This document shows positions 19,558-29,435 of a stretch of 64,000 nt of DNA, piece by piece (within the stretch, counting starts at the first letter, position 1; each line of letters starts with the position of its first letter). Below the pieces are notes generated by a model that saw nothing but the letters and a program-made list of their open reading frames with translations, had not been told where the DNA came from and did no database searches. The stretch spans positions 129,530 to 193,529 of the forward strand of contig JBBFLE010000006.1 of NCBI GenBank assembly GCA_037481695.1, read 5' to 3'. This DNA is from a bacterium. Its GTDB lineage: Bacteria; Desulfobacterota; Desulfocorpusculales; Desulfocorpusculum. A program made the translations under genes and the position numbers.

Positions 19558-20085
19558 CTAAACTTTGCGCAGTCTCCTGGCTTGGCTGCGCTCTTTCTTA
19601 GAGAGCCTGCGACTGGGGCCTTTTTTCTTGGAACAGCCTTTGAAGGGATGCTCTTTGTCCGAGTCATCTTTTGCTGGGGCCATGCCATCAAATCCCACTG
19701 CCTCCAAGCTCTTCAGGCGGCTCCAGAGCTCCTTAGAGCTCACAACCGCCGCTCCCGCCTGGCGGCAAGATTCTGCCAGGGCCCTATCGGAGGTGGCCAC
19801 AACCACCCCCTGAGGATTGGCCCGGACCATGCCGAGGATGGCAGCATCGGCCCGCCCCTGACCTCCGGCAAAGACCACCTTCAGCCCTGACCGGGACTCC
19901 TGTTTCACACGTGAGCCTGCAGCGTCGAAGACCACGGTCATTCTCAGTGGCCTCATGAGTTTGAAAGCCCTAAGCCTTCTCAGCAAGAGTTCTCTTGAGG
20001 TCTCCAGATCCCCTGCCGGATCCAGGGCGTCTCCACCAGCCACTCCCATGAGGTTATAACCGTCTATTATCAAATGAACTGCCAA
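19558..20085 (-). CDS. YacP-like NYN-domain (PIN-like) RNA-binding/nuclease protein
   Basis: 175 aa; N-terminal LIIDGYNLMG PIN/NYN motif, basic C-terminal tail. Confidence 0.6.
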   Translation of the reverse strand: MAVHLIIDGYNLMGVAGGDALDPAGDLETSRELLLRRLRAFKLMRPLRMTVVFDAAGSRVKQESRSGLKVVFAGGQGRADAAILGMVRANPQGVVVATSDRALAESCRQAGAAVVSSKELWSRLKSLEAVGFDGMAPAKDDSDKEHPFKGCSKKKGPSRRLSKKERSQARRLRKV

Positions 20086-20200
20086 GGTCCTAACCCTTCA
20101 TTGACCCGTAGATTGGGAGATCGTAGCATGGAAGTCTCAGAGGAGCCAAGAACGCGCCTCGAGGCTCAAACACAGATTCCAAAGGAGGGTTTGTACCAGA

Positions 20201-21097
20201 ATGCTCACCAAGAGGATCATCCCATGCCTTGATGTGCGGCTGGATGAGGAGGGCCGCCCTGTGGTTACCAAAGGTCACCACTATGACGTCAGGGGTGCTG
20301 ACGGCAGGATCCGCAACTTGGGTGACCCGGTGGCCATGGCAAGGCTCTACGACGAAGAAGGGGCCGATGAGTTAATTTTTCTGGATATCACCAGGACGGC
20401 CCACGGCAGAAGCCCTCTTATTTCCATAATAGAAAGGGTCTCGGATCAGGTTTTCATGCCTCTTACCATAGGAGGGGGCATAAGAACTCTGGATGATGCT
20501 CACAATTACTTTGATGCCGGGGCGGATAAGGTGTCCCTTGGGAGCTCGGCCGTGGAGATAGTGTTGAATGCGCTTCAGGGCAAAAGGGCCTCGGGGCCAA
20601 ACCTCATAGAGGAGATAGCCAGGCTTTACGGTTCCCAGGCGTGTGTGATCTCCATAGATCCGGTTCGCAGATATGTGCCCTTTGCCGAGCAGACCCACCA
20701 CCCCACGGTGCCTACGCTCCTGCCAGGGCCTGAGGGAGAGCAGTATTGCTGGTTTCAATGTTCCGTGAAGGGGGGTAGAGAATTCCTAGATGTGGATGCC
20801 TTGACCCTGGCCCGCCTTGTGGAGCAAATGGGGGCAGGGGAAATCCTTCTCAATTCCATAGATAGGGACGGAACACGCTCGGGCTTCGACATAGAGCTGG
20901 TGCGGGCCGTGGCACAAACAGTGTCCATACCTGTGATAGCCTCCAGCGGAGCGGGAAAGCCTGAGCATTTTCTGGAGGTTCTGACCCAGGGAGGGGCAGA
21001 CGCGGCCTTGGCTGCCAGTCTTTTCCACTATGGGGAGCTGAGCATCCAAGAAGTGAAGGAATATCTGGCTTCCCACGGAGTCGCAGTTAGAATGTAA
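20201..21097 (+). CDS. hisF: Imidazole glycerol phosphate synthase cyclase subunit HisF (with about 40-aa internal insertion)
   Basis: [39 protein letters not shown]; strong SD AAGGAGG upstream. Confidence 0.9.
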   Translation: MLTKRIIPCLDVRLDEEGRPVVTKGHHYDVRGADGRIRNLGDPVAMARLYDEEGADELIFLDITRTAHGRSPLISIIERVSDQVFMPLTIGGGIRTLDDAHNYFDAGADKVSLGSSAVEIVLNALQGKRASGPNLIEEIARLYGSQACVISIDPVRRYVPFAEQTHHPTVPTLLPGPEGEQYCWFQCSVKGGREFLDVDALTLARLVEQMGAGEILLNSIDRDGTRSGFDIELVRAVAQTVSIPVIASSGAGKPEHFLEVLTQGGADAALAASLFHYGELSIQEVKEYLASHGVAVRM

Positions 21098-21124
21098 GCT
21101 CAAGAAAGCCTCTGGCAACAATCA

Positions 21125-22465
21125 TCAAGTTTTTCTTAGCTGTTGCAGCTGCCTGTGAAGAGATGCTTTGATGTGGAGGAAATCCTCGTACTGGAAGCCT
21201 TCCCATCTGCAGGGCAAAAGGGTGTTGTTCTGAAAAAGAGGTTCTTGGGAGATGGGGAAAGGGCTATTTTTTATGGCCTCTTGCCACAGCTCGGTGTTGG
21301 GAATGGGGGAGTACTCGGCTATGTGGGGCCTCAAACCCAGCTCCAATACATAATGGATGCTTTGCTCGAGTTCCTCTAGCCTCTGGCCGGGAAGCCCAGC
21401 TAGAACATAGACCCCGATATCCCTGGCATCATAGCCTGCCTGGAGCAGGCAATGCACTGCGGCTTCAAAAAGGGCCTTGCTCAGCTTGCCCCCTGTGCGC
21501 TGGTGAAATGAATCGTTGAGGCTTTCCAGGCCCAGGCGAAGGGTCACAAAATTGAATTTCTTGAGGCTTCGTGCCAGTTCCATTCCCAGGTATCTGGCAT
21601 GAAGACCGTTGGGGCAGTGAAATCTCAAATTACTCTTAAGCTTGCTTTTCACATAATGAAGAGCGGGGAGCAGATGAGATTCAGCCTCCCAGAGCAGGGC
21701 ATCGTCGTAGAAGACCACGTCTTCAACTCCCAGAGAAAGCACGCCGGATATTATCTCCTGGGCCACCTCCTGGGGGGCTCTGGGGCCCTGGGGGGAGCAA
21801 AGAAGATGGGATGCGCAATAGGAGCATCTAAAGGGACAGCCCAGGGAGTTTCTCACGCATATGGATCGAGCCCAAGGGGCAAGATCCCAGGCAGGCAAAG
21901 AGGATTCCTGAGCAGGGGGTTCTTTCAAGGAAAAGAGGCTGGCCAGGCTCTTGCGTAACTGGGTCCAGTCGCCGCCTGGGATCACAAGGTCAGCTCCGCT
22001 GAACTCCCTGGCGTGCTCTGGAAGAAGAGTGGCATAGGTTCCTCCCAGTACCACCGGCACATCGGGGAAGAATCTTCGGCAATAAGAGATGGTCTCCTGC
22101 ACTCCTGGATACCAGTAGGTCATGCCTGAGCTGACGAGGATAAGGTCTGGCCTGGGTTGTTTCTTGAGATCTTGCTCCAACAAGGCAGGAGGTATTCCGT
22201 ACCGTTTGTATCGTCGCGGGAACCATTGAAGCGGCCTGGGCTTCGGTATTTCTTCCTTGTAAAAGGTCCCGTGATCTTCGGGAAACCTCTTTAGCTTCTG
22301 CTTCTGAAGACCTGGATGGTGGGGGTTCAGGCAGTCCACCAGGTTCACCTCAACACCCAAGGCACGAAGGAATCCACCTATTTTGAGCAGTCCAACAGGA
22401 CGAACCCAAAGATCGTATGCTGCAAAGTCGTGAATCCAAGGCTGTACAAGAAGAGCTCTAGGCAA
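21125..22465 (-). CDS. B12-binding-domain radical SAM protein
   Basis: 446 aa; N-terminal cobalamin-binding-like region, radical SAM CPFRCSYC (CxxxCxxC) motif, TIM-barrel radical SAM core. Confidence 0.8.
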   Translation of the reverse strand: MPRALLVQPWIHDFAAYDLWVRPVGLLKIGGFLRALGVEVNLVDCLNPHHPGLQKQKLKRFPEDHGTFYKEEIPKPRPLQWFPRRYKRYGIPPALLEQDLKKQPRPDLILVSSGMTYWYPGVQETISYCRRFFPDVPVVLGGTYATLLPEHAREFSGADLVIPGGDWTQLRKSLASLFSLKEPPAQESSLPAWDLAPWARSICVRNSLGCPFRCSYCASHLLCSPQGPRAPQEVAQEIISGVLSLGVEDVVFYDDALLWEAESHLLPALHYVKSKLKSNLRFHCPNGLHARYLGMELARSLKKFNFVTLRLGLESLNDSFHQRTGGKLSKALFEAAVHCLLQAGYDARDIGVYVLAGLPGQRLEELEQSIHYVLELGLRPHIAEYSPIPNTELWQEAIKNSPFPISQEPLFQNNTLLPCRWEGFQYEDFLHIKASLHRQLQQLRKT

Positions 22466-22735
22466 CTCTTATCTCCAATGCCAGTCCACACAGTCCATTT
22501 GTACCATAAGAGGAAGATCTTCTTTCAATGGAATGATTCTCCCAGTATTTCCTGCTCGAGCTGCCATGGAATCCCCCATTGATCATCCCAGGATCTTGCC
22601 CTTACCCCTAATGCACCATATTTCCCAGATCTCATCTTTGAAGACTTATTTGCCTGCACCCCGTCAGTTGTTTTATGGGAGTCTCCAGTGTGACTGGATC
22701 CCATTATGAAACTCATGCCAGGCCGGGACAACCTA

Positions 22736-22764
22736 TTGACATGGTTCGCTCCTTCTCATTATAG
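22736..22764 (+). promoter_or_regulatory. sigma70-like promoter candidate for the glycosyltransferase gene (TTGACA, 17 bp spacer, TTATAG)
   Basis: Read directly: ttgaca-tggttcgctccttctca-ttatag about 65 bp upstream of the ATG at 22830. Confidence 0.3.
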
Positions 22765-22829
22765 TTCAAGCATGAATTGCCGGGGGAAAGCAGCTCCTGG
22801 GATTTCGGGCAAGGGAAGAGGCAGGAGGT

Positions 22830-24044
22830 ATGGATTTCTACGAAGAGAACCCAGATAAGGTGACACAGGCCGACATAGTGGTTGGAATTCCCTCTTACAA
22901 CGAGGCCCGACTAATCCCTTACCCCACTCAGCAGGCCAGCCTGGGTTTGACCCAGTTCTTTCCTGAATACCGCTCGGCTATCATCAATGTGGACAATCAT
23001 TCTGAGGATGGAACAAAAGAAGCCTTTTTCAACACAGAAACTCAGGTACCCAAGCTTTACATCTCCACCCCCGAAGGAGTAGTGGGCAAGGGACTGAATC
23101 TCAGGAATTTCTTTAGAAAGGCTTGTGAGCTGGGGGCCAAGGCTTGTGTGGTGGTGGATGCGGATCTCAGAAGCATCACCCCCCGTTGGATAAAGAACTT
23201 GGTGGAGCCTGTTTTCCAGGATTTCGGTTTTGTTTCGCCTCTTTACGTTCGGCACAAGTATGACGGCACCATAACCAACAGCATAGGATACCCCCTTACC
23301 CGCTGTGTGTTCGGAAGAAGGGTCAGACAGCCCATTGGAGGAGACGTGGGTTTTTCAGGAGAAATGGCTAAGGTTTTCCTGGAACATCCTTACTGGAACT
23401 CCATGGTGGCCAGCTTTGGGGTGGACATCTGGATGACCATCGTGGCCATCTGTCAAGGGGTGCCCATGTGTCAGTCCTTTCTGGGCAGACCCAAGATTCA
23501 CAAGACCAGGGACCCGGCCTCAGACGTGGGTGCTGCTTTCAGACAAATAGTTGGCACCATTTTCGGTGCCATGATTCACTTTGGGGATTATTGGAAAAAG
23601 GTGAGATGGAGCAGGCCCACTGCCATATTCGGGTTCGGTCTGGGAGAAGTGGAATTGCCTCCTCCTGTAAATGTGAGTCCCCAGGCTCTTTACCAGAGGT
23701 TTCAGCAAGGCATTGGCCCAAATCTGGAGCAATGGAAAGAGGTTTTCCCGGGCGAGGTGTTCTCTAAGCTCACTGAAGTGATGGAGATGGATCCCTCCAG
23801 GTTGGATTTTCCTTCGGATCTATGGGCCAAGATTCTCTTCAGTGCGGCAGTGGCCTTTACCAAAGACTCGGGAGCTGGGGAAAGGATTCTGGATTGCCTC
23901 ATACCCTTGTATTACGGAAGAGTCTATTCTTACGTTTTGAAGACCCAGGAGATGTCAATGCAGCAGGCCGAGGACTACATCGAGGAGCAGTGCATGCTTT
24001 TCGAGGAAGCCAGGCCTTTTCTGGACGAGCGGTGGCCCCTCTGA
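22830..24044 (+). CDS. GT-A fold glycosyltransferase, about 400 aa (GT2/GT55/GT78-like; possibly compatible-solute glycosyl-glycerate synthase-like)
   Basis: N-terminal IVVGIPSYNEA...INVDNHSEDGT (nucleotide-sugar binding) and DAD (DxD) motif; long C-terminal helical domain. Confidence 0.55.
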   Translation: MDFYEENPDKVTQADIVVGIPSYNEARLIPYPTQQASLGLTQFFPEYRSAIINVDNHSEDGTKEAFFNTETQVPKLYISTPEGVVGKGLNLRNFFRKACELGAKACVVVDADLRSITPRWIKNLVEPVFQDFGFVSPLYVRHKYDGTITNSIGYPLTRCVFGRRVRQPIGGDVGFSGEMAKVFLEHPYWNSMVASFGVDIWMTIVAICQGVPMCQSFLGRPKIHKTRDPASDVGAAFRQIVGTIFGAMIHFGDYWKKVRWSRPTAIFGFGLGEVELPPPVNVSPQALYQRFQQGIGPNLEQWKEVFPGEVFSKLTEVMEMDPSRLDFPSDLWAKILFSAAVAFTKDSGAGERILDCLIPLYYGRVYSYVLKTQEMSMQQAEDYIEEQCMLFEEARPFLDERWPL

Positions 24045-24066
24045 CGGGCTGGGAGGGAGCGGGACC

Positions 24067-24441
24067 ATGGCCAAGATTCTCATAGTGGATGACGAGGAAC
24101 ATATTCGTATGCTCTACCAGGTGGAGCTGGAGGACGAGGGCTATGAGGTAATAACAGCTGCCGACGGCAGGGATCTGCTGGGGTTGATAAATAGGGAGCG
24201 GCCTGACCTCGTGGTCCTGGACATCAAGATGGCGGGTTACAACGGCTTGGACCTTCTTCAGGAGATAAGAAACCGCTTCTACAACCTGCCCGTGATACTC
24301 TGTTCGGCTTATGACTCTTTCCGCAGGGACATGAAATCCATTGCCGCGGATTTCTACGTGGTAAAGTCCTCAGATCTCACCCAGTTGAAAAAGACCATCG
24401 TAAGGGCACTGGAGAGCGCAGCCCCCCACTTCTCTCCATAG
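24067..24441 (+). CDS. Single-domain response regulator (CheY-like receiver)
   Basis: 124 aa; ILIVDDE, phospho-acceptor D in VVLDIKM, conserved T/K positions. Confidence 0.8.
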   Translation: MAKILIVDDEEHIRMLYQVELEDEGYEVITAADGRDLLGLINRERPDLVVLDIKMAGYNGLDLLQEIRNRFYNLPVILCSAYDSFRRDMKSIAADFYVVKSSDLTQLKKTIVRALESAAPHFSP

Positions 24442-24602
24442 GAGCCTTGGGGACGAGGCTCTTGGCCTAGGCAAAAAAGAGTGTTTTGGAGAAGGCCGTA
24501 TGGAATAAGAATCGTGAGACAGGCCATCTCCTATTTACCTTCCTTTGTGGAATATTTAGGATCCACATTCTGCATACACCATACGCAAAGAAAAAATTTT
24601 GC

Positions 24603-24648
24603 TTGACAAGAAGCTTCGACTCGTAGTAGGAAAGTGACCCACGGTCAC
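24603..24648 (+). promoter_or_regulatory. Putative promoter (TTGACA) plus 15-bp perfect palindrome GTGACC-cac-GGTCAC; candidate TetR operator
   Basis: ttgaca at 24603-24608; palindrome at 24634-24648, about 135 bp upstream of the TetR gene start. Confidence 0.4.
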
Positions 24649-24783
24649 AATCATTAGGGTTTTTTGGCTTAGAGGGGTAGATAATTGGGAAGCTTTTTCC
24701 AGGAGCTGGCCTAAAGCGAGCTTTTGGCCTTAATTTAGCATCTTCCATGTGAACCCCTCCAAAGAGTTGGCCCAGGGGATATT

Positions 24784-25500
24784 ATGCTCCATCAAGAAGA
24801 ACACAGGCAGATAACCCGTCTTCGCAGGAAAAGGGAGAGGGACTACAGGGTACAGTCCATTCTTGAGGCAGCCAGGAAGGTCTTCTTTGCCAGGGGTTAC
24901 ATGAAAGCCACCATGGAGGAGATAGCCACCCTGGCGGAGGTGAGCAAGCCTGCCATATATCACTACTTTCGCACAAAGGATGAACTTTTCTTCTCTCTCA
25001 TGGTGCCCGTGGTGGATCATTTCCAAAAGGAGCTCAACCTCATAGAGAAACGTCTTCTCAGGCACGCCTACAAGCAAGGTCAGGAGCTGGTGAGCGATCT
25101 TTTCCGGGGATTCTTTCGTGCTTACAAGAAGGATCCCGATGGCTTTCAGGTGGTGCAGCTTTTTCAGCAAACCGGAATGGTGGGCCAACTGGAGGAGCGT
25201 GTGGGCCAGATTCTAGACCAAAAAGGGGCTCAAGCCTTCCGTACGGCCCGCAGGATCATGAGCATGGGCATGGATCAAGGGCTTCTTAAGCCTATGAGTG
25301 TGTTTAGCTTGGCCGATGCTTTCTGGGGTTTCTTTGTGGGGGTAGTTCAACTGGAGCGGATCAAGTCCAAGAAGGCAGGGTTGCCAGCGCATTTGCGTTC
25401 TACCCTTTTGACAGCCGAAAAGATCTTTGGCAGAGGAGTCACAAGGGGAGAGAATCCATGGTCAAAGCCGCAAGGGAGAGCCTGTGAGGGAAATGGATAA
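24784..25500 (+). CDS. TetR/AcrR family transcriptional regulator
   Basis: N-terminal HTH (ILEAARKVFFARGYMKATMEEIATLAEVSKPAIYHYF). Confidence 0.85.
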   Translation: MLHQEEHRQITRLRRKRERDYRVQSILEAARKVFFARGYMKATMEEIATLAEVSKPAIYHYFRTKDELFFSLMVPVVDHFQKELNLIEKRLLRHAYKQGQELVSDLFRGFFRAYKKDPDGFQVVQLFQQTGMVGQLEERVGQILDQKGAQAFRTARRIMSMGMDQGLLKPMSVFSLADAFWGFFVGVVQLERIKSKKAGLPAHLRSTLLTAEKIFGRGVTRGENPWSKPQGRACEGNG

Positions 25501-26308
25501 GGCTGATTCTCACTCTAATGATCCCAGAGAGGTCTTGTTGGAGATAAAGGGGCTGGGTCTTCACTTCGGGGGTCTTCAGGTGCTCTCCAACGTGAGCCTG
25601 GAGGTCAGAGCAGGGGAGATCCTGGCCATTATAGGACCAAACGGCGCGGGTAAAACAAGCCTTCTGAATTGCATCAATGGGTTTTATCGCCCCCAGAAGG
25701 GAACAATCACCTTCAAAGGCAAGCCCATTCACAGGTTGAAGCCCAACAAAATAGCCGAGCTGGGCATAGCCCGCACTTTCCAGAACATAGAGCTTTATAC
25801 AGGGCTCGACGTGCTGGACAATCTCATGGCTGCACGCCACATCCACATGAAGCGAGGAGCTTTGGCAGGCGCCCTGTTCTTCGGTCCTGCAAGGCGAGAG
25901 GAGATTCTCCACAGACAGGTGGTGGAGGAAATCATAGATTTCCTGGAGCTGGAACCGGTCCGCAAGAAGGTGGTGGGAACGCTTCCTTACGGGGTAAGAA
26001 AAAGGGTGGAATTGGGACGGGCCTTGGCCATGGATCCCTCACTTCTTCTTCTGGACGAGCCAATGGCTGGCATGAATCTGGAAGAAAAGGAGGACATGGC
26101 CCGCTTCATCTTGGATGTCTCGGAGCTCAAGTCCATGCCCATGGTGATTGTGGAGCACGACATGGATGTCATCATGGACATTGCCCACAAAGGGGTGGTG
26201 CTGGATTTCGGTAACAAGATAGCCGAGGGCCCTCCCAGGGAGATAGTGATGAACCCGCGGGTGATTCAGGCATATCTTGGGGAAGGGGAGGAAAGTTCAG
26301 TTGGTTGA
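25493..26308 (+). CDS. livG: Branched-chain-amino-acid-type ABC transporter ATP-binding protein (LivG-like)
   Basis: Walker A GPNGAGKTS, LivG-type insertion, signature/Walker B LLLDEPMAGMN; ATG at 25493 overlaps the TetR stop by 8 nt. Confidence 0.85.
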   Translation: MDKADSHSNDPREVLLEIKGLGLHFGGLQVLSNVSLEVRAGEILAIIGPNGAGKTSLLNCINGFYRPQKGTITFKGKPIHRLKPNKIAELGIARTFQNIELYTGLDVLDNLMAARHIHMKRGALAGALFFGPARREEILHRQVVEEIIDFLELEPVRKKVVGTLPYGVRKRVELGRALAMDPSLLLLDEPMAGMNLEEKEDMARFILDVSELKSMPMVIVEHDMDVIMDIAHKGVVLDFGNKIAEGPPREIVMNPRVIQAYLGEGEESSVG

Positions 26309-28220
26309 GGCTTACCAGGAGAGATTGGACACCTTGCCTAAGCTCCTCAGAGAGAGGGGAAGGAGCCTGGGAGATCGCCATGTGGCCATGCGAGTCAAGG
26401 ACCGCGGGATCTGGATACGTTACACCTGGAAGGACTACCTGGAAAGGGTACGGCACTTGACTCTGGGATTGGTGAGCTTGGGGCTGGGAGCCGGGGAAAA
26501 GGTGCTGATAATAGGGGAGAACAAGCCAGAATGGTTTTGGGCTGAGCTGGCCGCCCAGTGTGCCGGAGCCATTGCCGTGGGCGTTTTCACGGACTGCGTG
26601 GCCAACGAAGTCCTATACTATGCTCAGCACTCAGATGCCACCTTTGTTGTGGCTCATGACCAGGAGCAGGTGGACAAGGTGCTAGATATAAAGCCCCAGG
26701 TCCCGCAGCTGCGCAAGGTCATATATTGGGACCCCAAGGGCCTTTGGAACTACAAGGATCCGGATTTGCTCTCCATGGATTCGGTGATGGAGATGGGCCG
26801 TAGGTATGAACAGCAGCACCCCGAGCTTTTCGACGAGCTGGTGGATCGGGGAAAAGGGGATGACATAGGCGTCATCTGCTATACCTCGGGCACCACGGGG
26901 CTTCCCAAGGGAGCCATGCTCAGCCAGAGATGGCTGGTGGATGGCATCAGGGAGTGGTCCCGGGTTGACGGATGGGACCGACCGGGCATGGAGTACCTTT
27001 CCTTTATCCCGCCAGCATGGGCCACGGAGCAGGGTCTGGGAATCGCAGGGGGGCTTGTGGCTGGGCTGAGGGTAAACTTCCCTGAGGAGCCTGAGACAGT
27101 CCAGGAGAATATCCGGGAGATAGGCCCTGAGATACTCTTTTACGGGGCAAGGCTCTGGGAAAATGTCAACAGCATGGTCCAGGCCAGGATATTGGACAGC
27201 ACAGCCATCAGAAGATGGCTCTACCGCAGATGTTTATCCGTGGCTCTCAAGGTTGCCGATCTGAAGATCCAGAAGAAGACCGTGGGTCCCCTCTGGAGCC
27301 TGCTTTGGTGGCTGGCTTACCAGTTGTGCTTCCGGGCCCTGAGGGATAGGCTTGGGCTTTCCAGGGCCAGGGTTGTGTACTCGGCCGGGGGGGCCCTGAG
27401 CCCGGAGATCATCCGCTATTTTCTTGCCCTGGGCATAGAGATCAAGCTCTTTTACGGCAGCACCGAGATGGGAGTGGTGTCCATACCCAGGCCAGGGGAG
27501 ATCAGGCCCGAGACCTCTGGAAGGCCCATGCCTTGGGCAGATGTTCGCATCTCCGAGGAGGGCGAGATCCTGGTAAAGAGCAGATTCATGTACTCGGGAT
27601 ACTACAAAAACCCCGAGGCCACAGCCGCCAAGCTAAAGGACGGTTATTACTGCAGCGGGGATTTCGGGTACCTGGACGAGGAAGGACATCTCATCGTCAT
27701 AGACCGAATGGAGGATCTCAAGCCCCTCTCAGGGGGACGGAGATTCTCCCCCCAGTATACAGAGGTAAGGCTTAGGTTCAGCCCGTACATAAAGGACGTG
27801 CTGGTAGTAGGTGGTGAGAACAGAGACTTTGTCTCGGCCTTGGTGAACATAGATCTAGAGAATGTGGGCCGCTTCGCCGAATCCAACCACATCGCGTACA
27901 CCACCTTCACGGACCTTTCCCAGAAGCCCCAGGTGATAGAACTCATAAGGGATGAGATCCGCAGGGTGAACCGAACTCTTCCAGAGCACGCCCGTGTGGT
28001 GCGCTTCGTGAACCTCCACAAGGAGTTCGACGCCGACGAGGCAGAGCTTACCCGCACCAGAAAGATCCGCCGGTCCTTTGTGGAAGACAGATACAAAGAT
28101 CTCATAGAAGCCCTTTACAAAGGACAAAAGGAGTTGGCTGTTGAAGCCACAGTAACTTACAGGGACGGTAGGCAGGGGATCATCCGGACCCTGATCTCGG
28201 TCAACGATGTGGGGGGGTAG
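26277..28220 (+). CDS. AMP-dependent acyl-CoA synthetase/ligase (long-chain fatty acid/aromatic acid--CoA ligase-like), TTG start
   Basis: 647 aa; AMP-binding motif YTSGTTGLPKGAML, GGALSPE, YGSTE; embedded between livG and livH. Confidence 0.8.
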   Translation: MGKGRKVQLVEAYQERLDTLPKLLRERGRSLGDRHVAMRVKDRGIWIRYTWKDYLERVRHLTLGLVSLGLGAGEKVLIIGENKPEWFWAELAAQCAGAIAVGVFTDCVANEVLYYAQHSDATFVVAHDQEQVDKVLDIKPQVPQLRKVIYWDPKGLWNYKDPDLLSMDSVMEMGRRYEQQHPELFDELVDRGKGDDIGVICYTSGTTGLPKGAMLSQRWLVDGIREWSRVDGWDRPGMEYLSFIPPAWATEQGLGIAGGLVAGLRVNFPEEPETVQENIREIGPEILFYGARLWENVNSMVQARILDSTAIRRWLYRRCLSVALKVADLKIQKKTVGPLWSLLWWLAYQLCFRALRDRLGLSRARVVYSAGGALSPEIIRYFLALGIEIKLFYGSTEMGVVSIPRPGEIRPETSGRPMPWADVRISEEGEILVKSRFMYSGYYKNPEATAAKLKDGYYCSGDFGYLDEEGHLIVIDRMEDLKPLSGGRRFSPQYTEVRLRFSPYIKDVLVVGGENRDFVSALVNIDLENVGRFAESNHIAYTTFTDLSQKPQVIELIRDEIRRVNRTLPEHARVVRFVNLHKEFDADEAELTRTRKIRRSFVEDRYKDLIEALYKGQKELAVEATVTYRDGRQGIIRTLISVNDVGG

Positions 28221-28546
28221 AACCCTGATCTACCAGGACAGAGGGCATCCAGAAGCCCACTTTTGGGGTAATGGTGCTCGTGAATCCTGTGGCAGAGCAA
28301 GGGGTTAGGAAGTCTTTCTTGAGCCAAATAAGGTGGGCTTGGGGATATCAGGGAATTGATTTGAATTAAGGGCTTGTGTTGAATCATTGGGGCTAGAATC
28401 ACGAAAAAGATGTTGCCCAGAGGTGAGGTGGCTGTGTTTTTAGGGTTCTTTAGGGGGTCTGGAAAGCAGAGAACTGGCAAAGGGGGAGATTCCCAAGGCC
28501 TCGGGAAAAGCTCCGAGGCTGGAGGTTTTGGAGGACTGGCCGGGCC

Positions 28547-29431
28547 ATGGAGGGTTTTTTACAGCTTTTGATGCTGGGTTTGATGGAAGGTGGGCTTTAC
28601 GCCATCGTGGCGGCAGCCATTGTACTCGTGTTCAAGTCAACCCATGTGGTGAGCCTGGCCCACGGTCAGATCATGGGCTTCGGTGCCCTTGCTTTCTGGA
28701 TAGGGGTTGTTCAACTCAAGCTACCTCTGGCACTGGCATTGATAGGCTCTTTGGCTTTTTCAGCGGCCATGGGATGGCTCATTGAGAGGGCAGCCATGAG
28801 ACCTTTGATAGGCCAGCCCCTTTTTGCCTCGTTTCTGAATACTTTCGCTGTATTTTTAGTCCTAGACGGCATCTTTCAGTTGATCCTGAAAGGAGAATCT
28901 TACAGCTTCTCCGCTTACCTGCCCAAGGGGAATGTTTCAGTGGGAGACTTCACACTTCCCATTACCCAGTTGGTGAGTTTTCTGGGATCGCTGTTGGTAT
29001 TTTTGGGTTTGGCTCTTTTTTACCGCTGGACAAAACTGGGCCTGGGAATGCGTGCCACAGCCGAGGACCATCAGCTGGCCCAGAGCACGGGCATATCAGT
29101 CAGAGGGGTTTTTTCAGCCATATGGGTTCTTTCTTCTGCCACGGCCACCTTTGCTGGTCTGGCCCTGGCCAATGTGACAGACATCTACTACACGCTTCCC
29201 TATATGGGGATAAAGGGGCTGGTTGTGGCCTTGGTGGGTGGGCTGGAATCCCTTCCTGGTGCCCTATTGGCAGGCCTGCTTCTGGGGGTGTTGGAAAACG
29301 TAAGCGCTGGGTACCTGGATCCTCTGGTGGGAGGAGGCATCAAGGAAGTGGCTGCTTACGTTTTGCTGCTTTTTGTCTTGCTGGTTAAGCCTTACGGACT
29401 GTTCGGACTTGTGCGCATAGAGAGGATCTGA
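28547..29431 (+). CDS. livH: ABC transporter permease (LivH-like)
   Basis: 294 aa polytopic; LivH-family conserved regions. Confidence 0.85.
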   Translation: MEGFLQLLMLGLMEGGLYAIVAAAIVLVFKSTHVVSLAHGQIMGFGALAFWIGVVQLKLPLALALIGSLAFSAAMGWLIERAAMRPLIGQPLFASFLNTFAVFLVLDGIFQLILKGESYSFSAYLPKGNVSVGDFTLPITQLVSFLGSLLVFLGLALFYRWTKLGLGMRATAEDHQLAQSTGISVRGVFSAIWVLSSATATFAGLALANVTDIYYTLPYMGIKGLVVALVGGLESLPGALLAGLLLGVLENVSAGYLDPLVGGGIKEVAAYVLLLFVLLVKPYGLFGLVRIERI

Positions 29432-29435
29432 GCAA

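Noticed and set aside
19901-19917. Second parS-like sequence tgtttcacacgtgagcc inside the NYN gene
   Set aside because: Palindrome broken (extra base and divergent right half); unlikely to bind ParB
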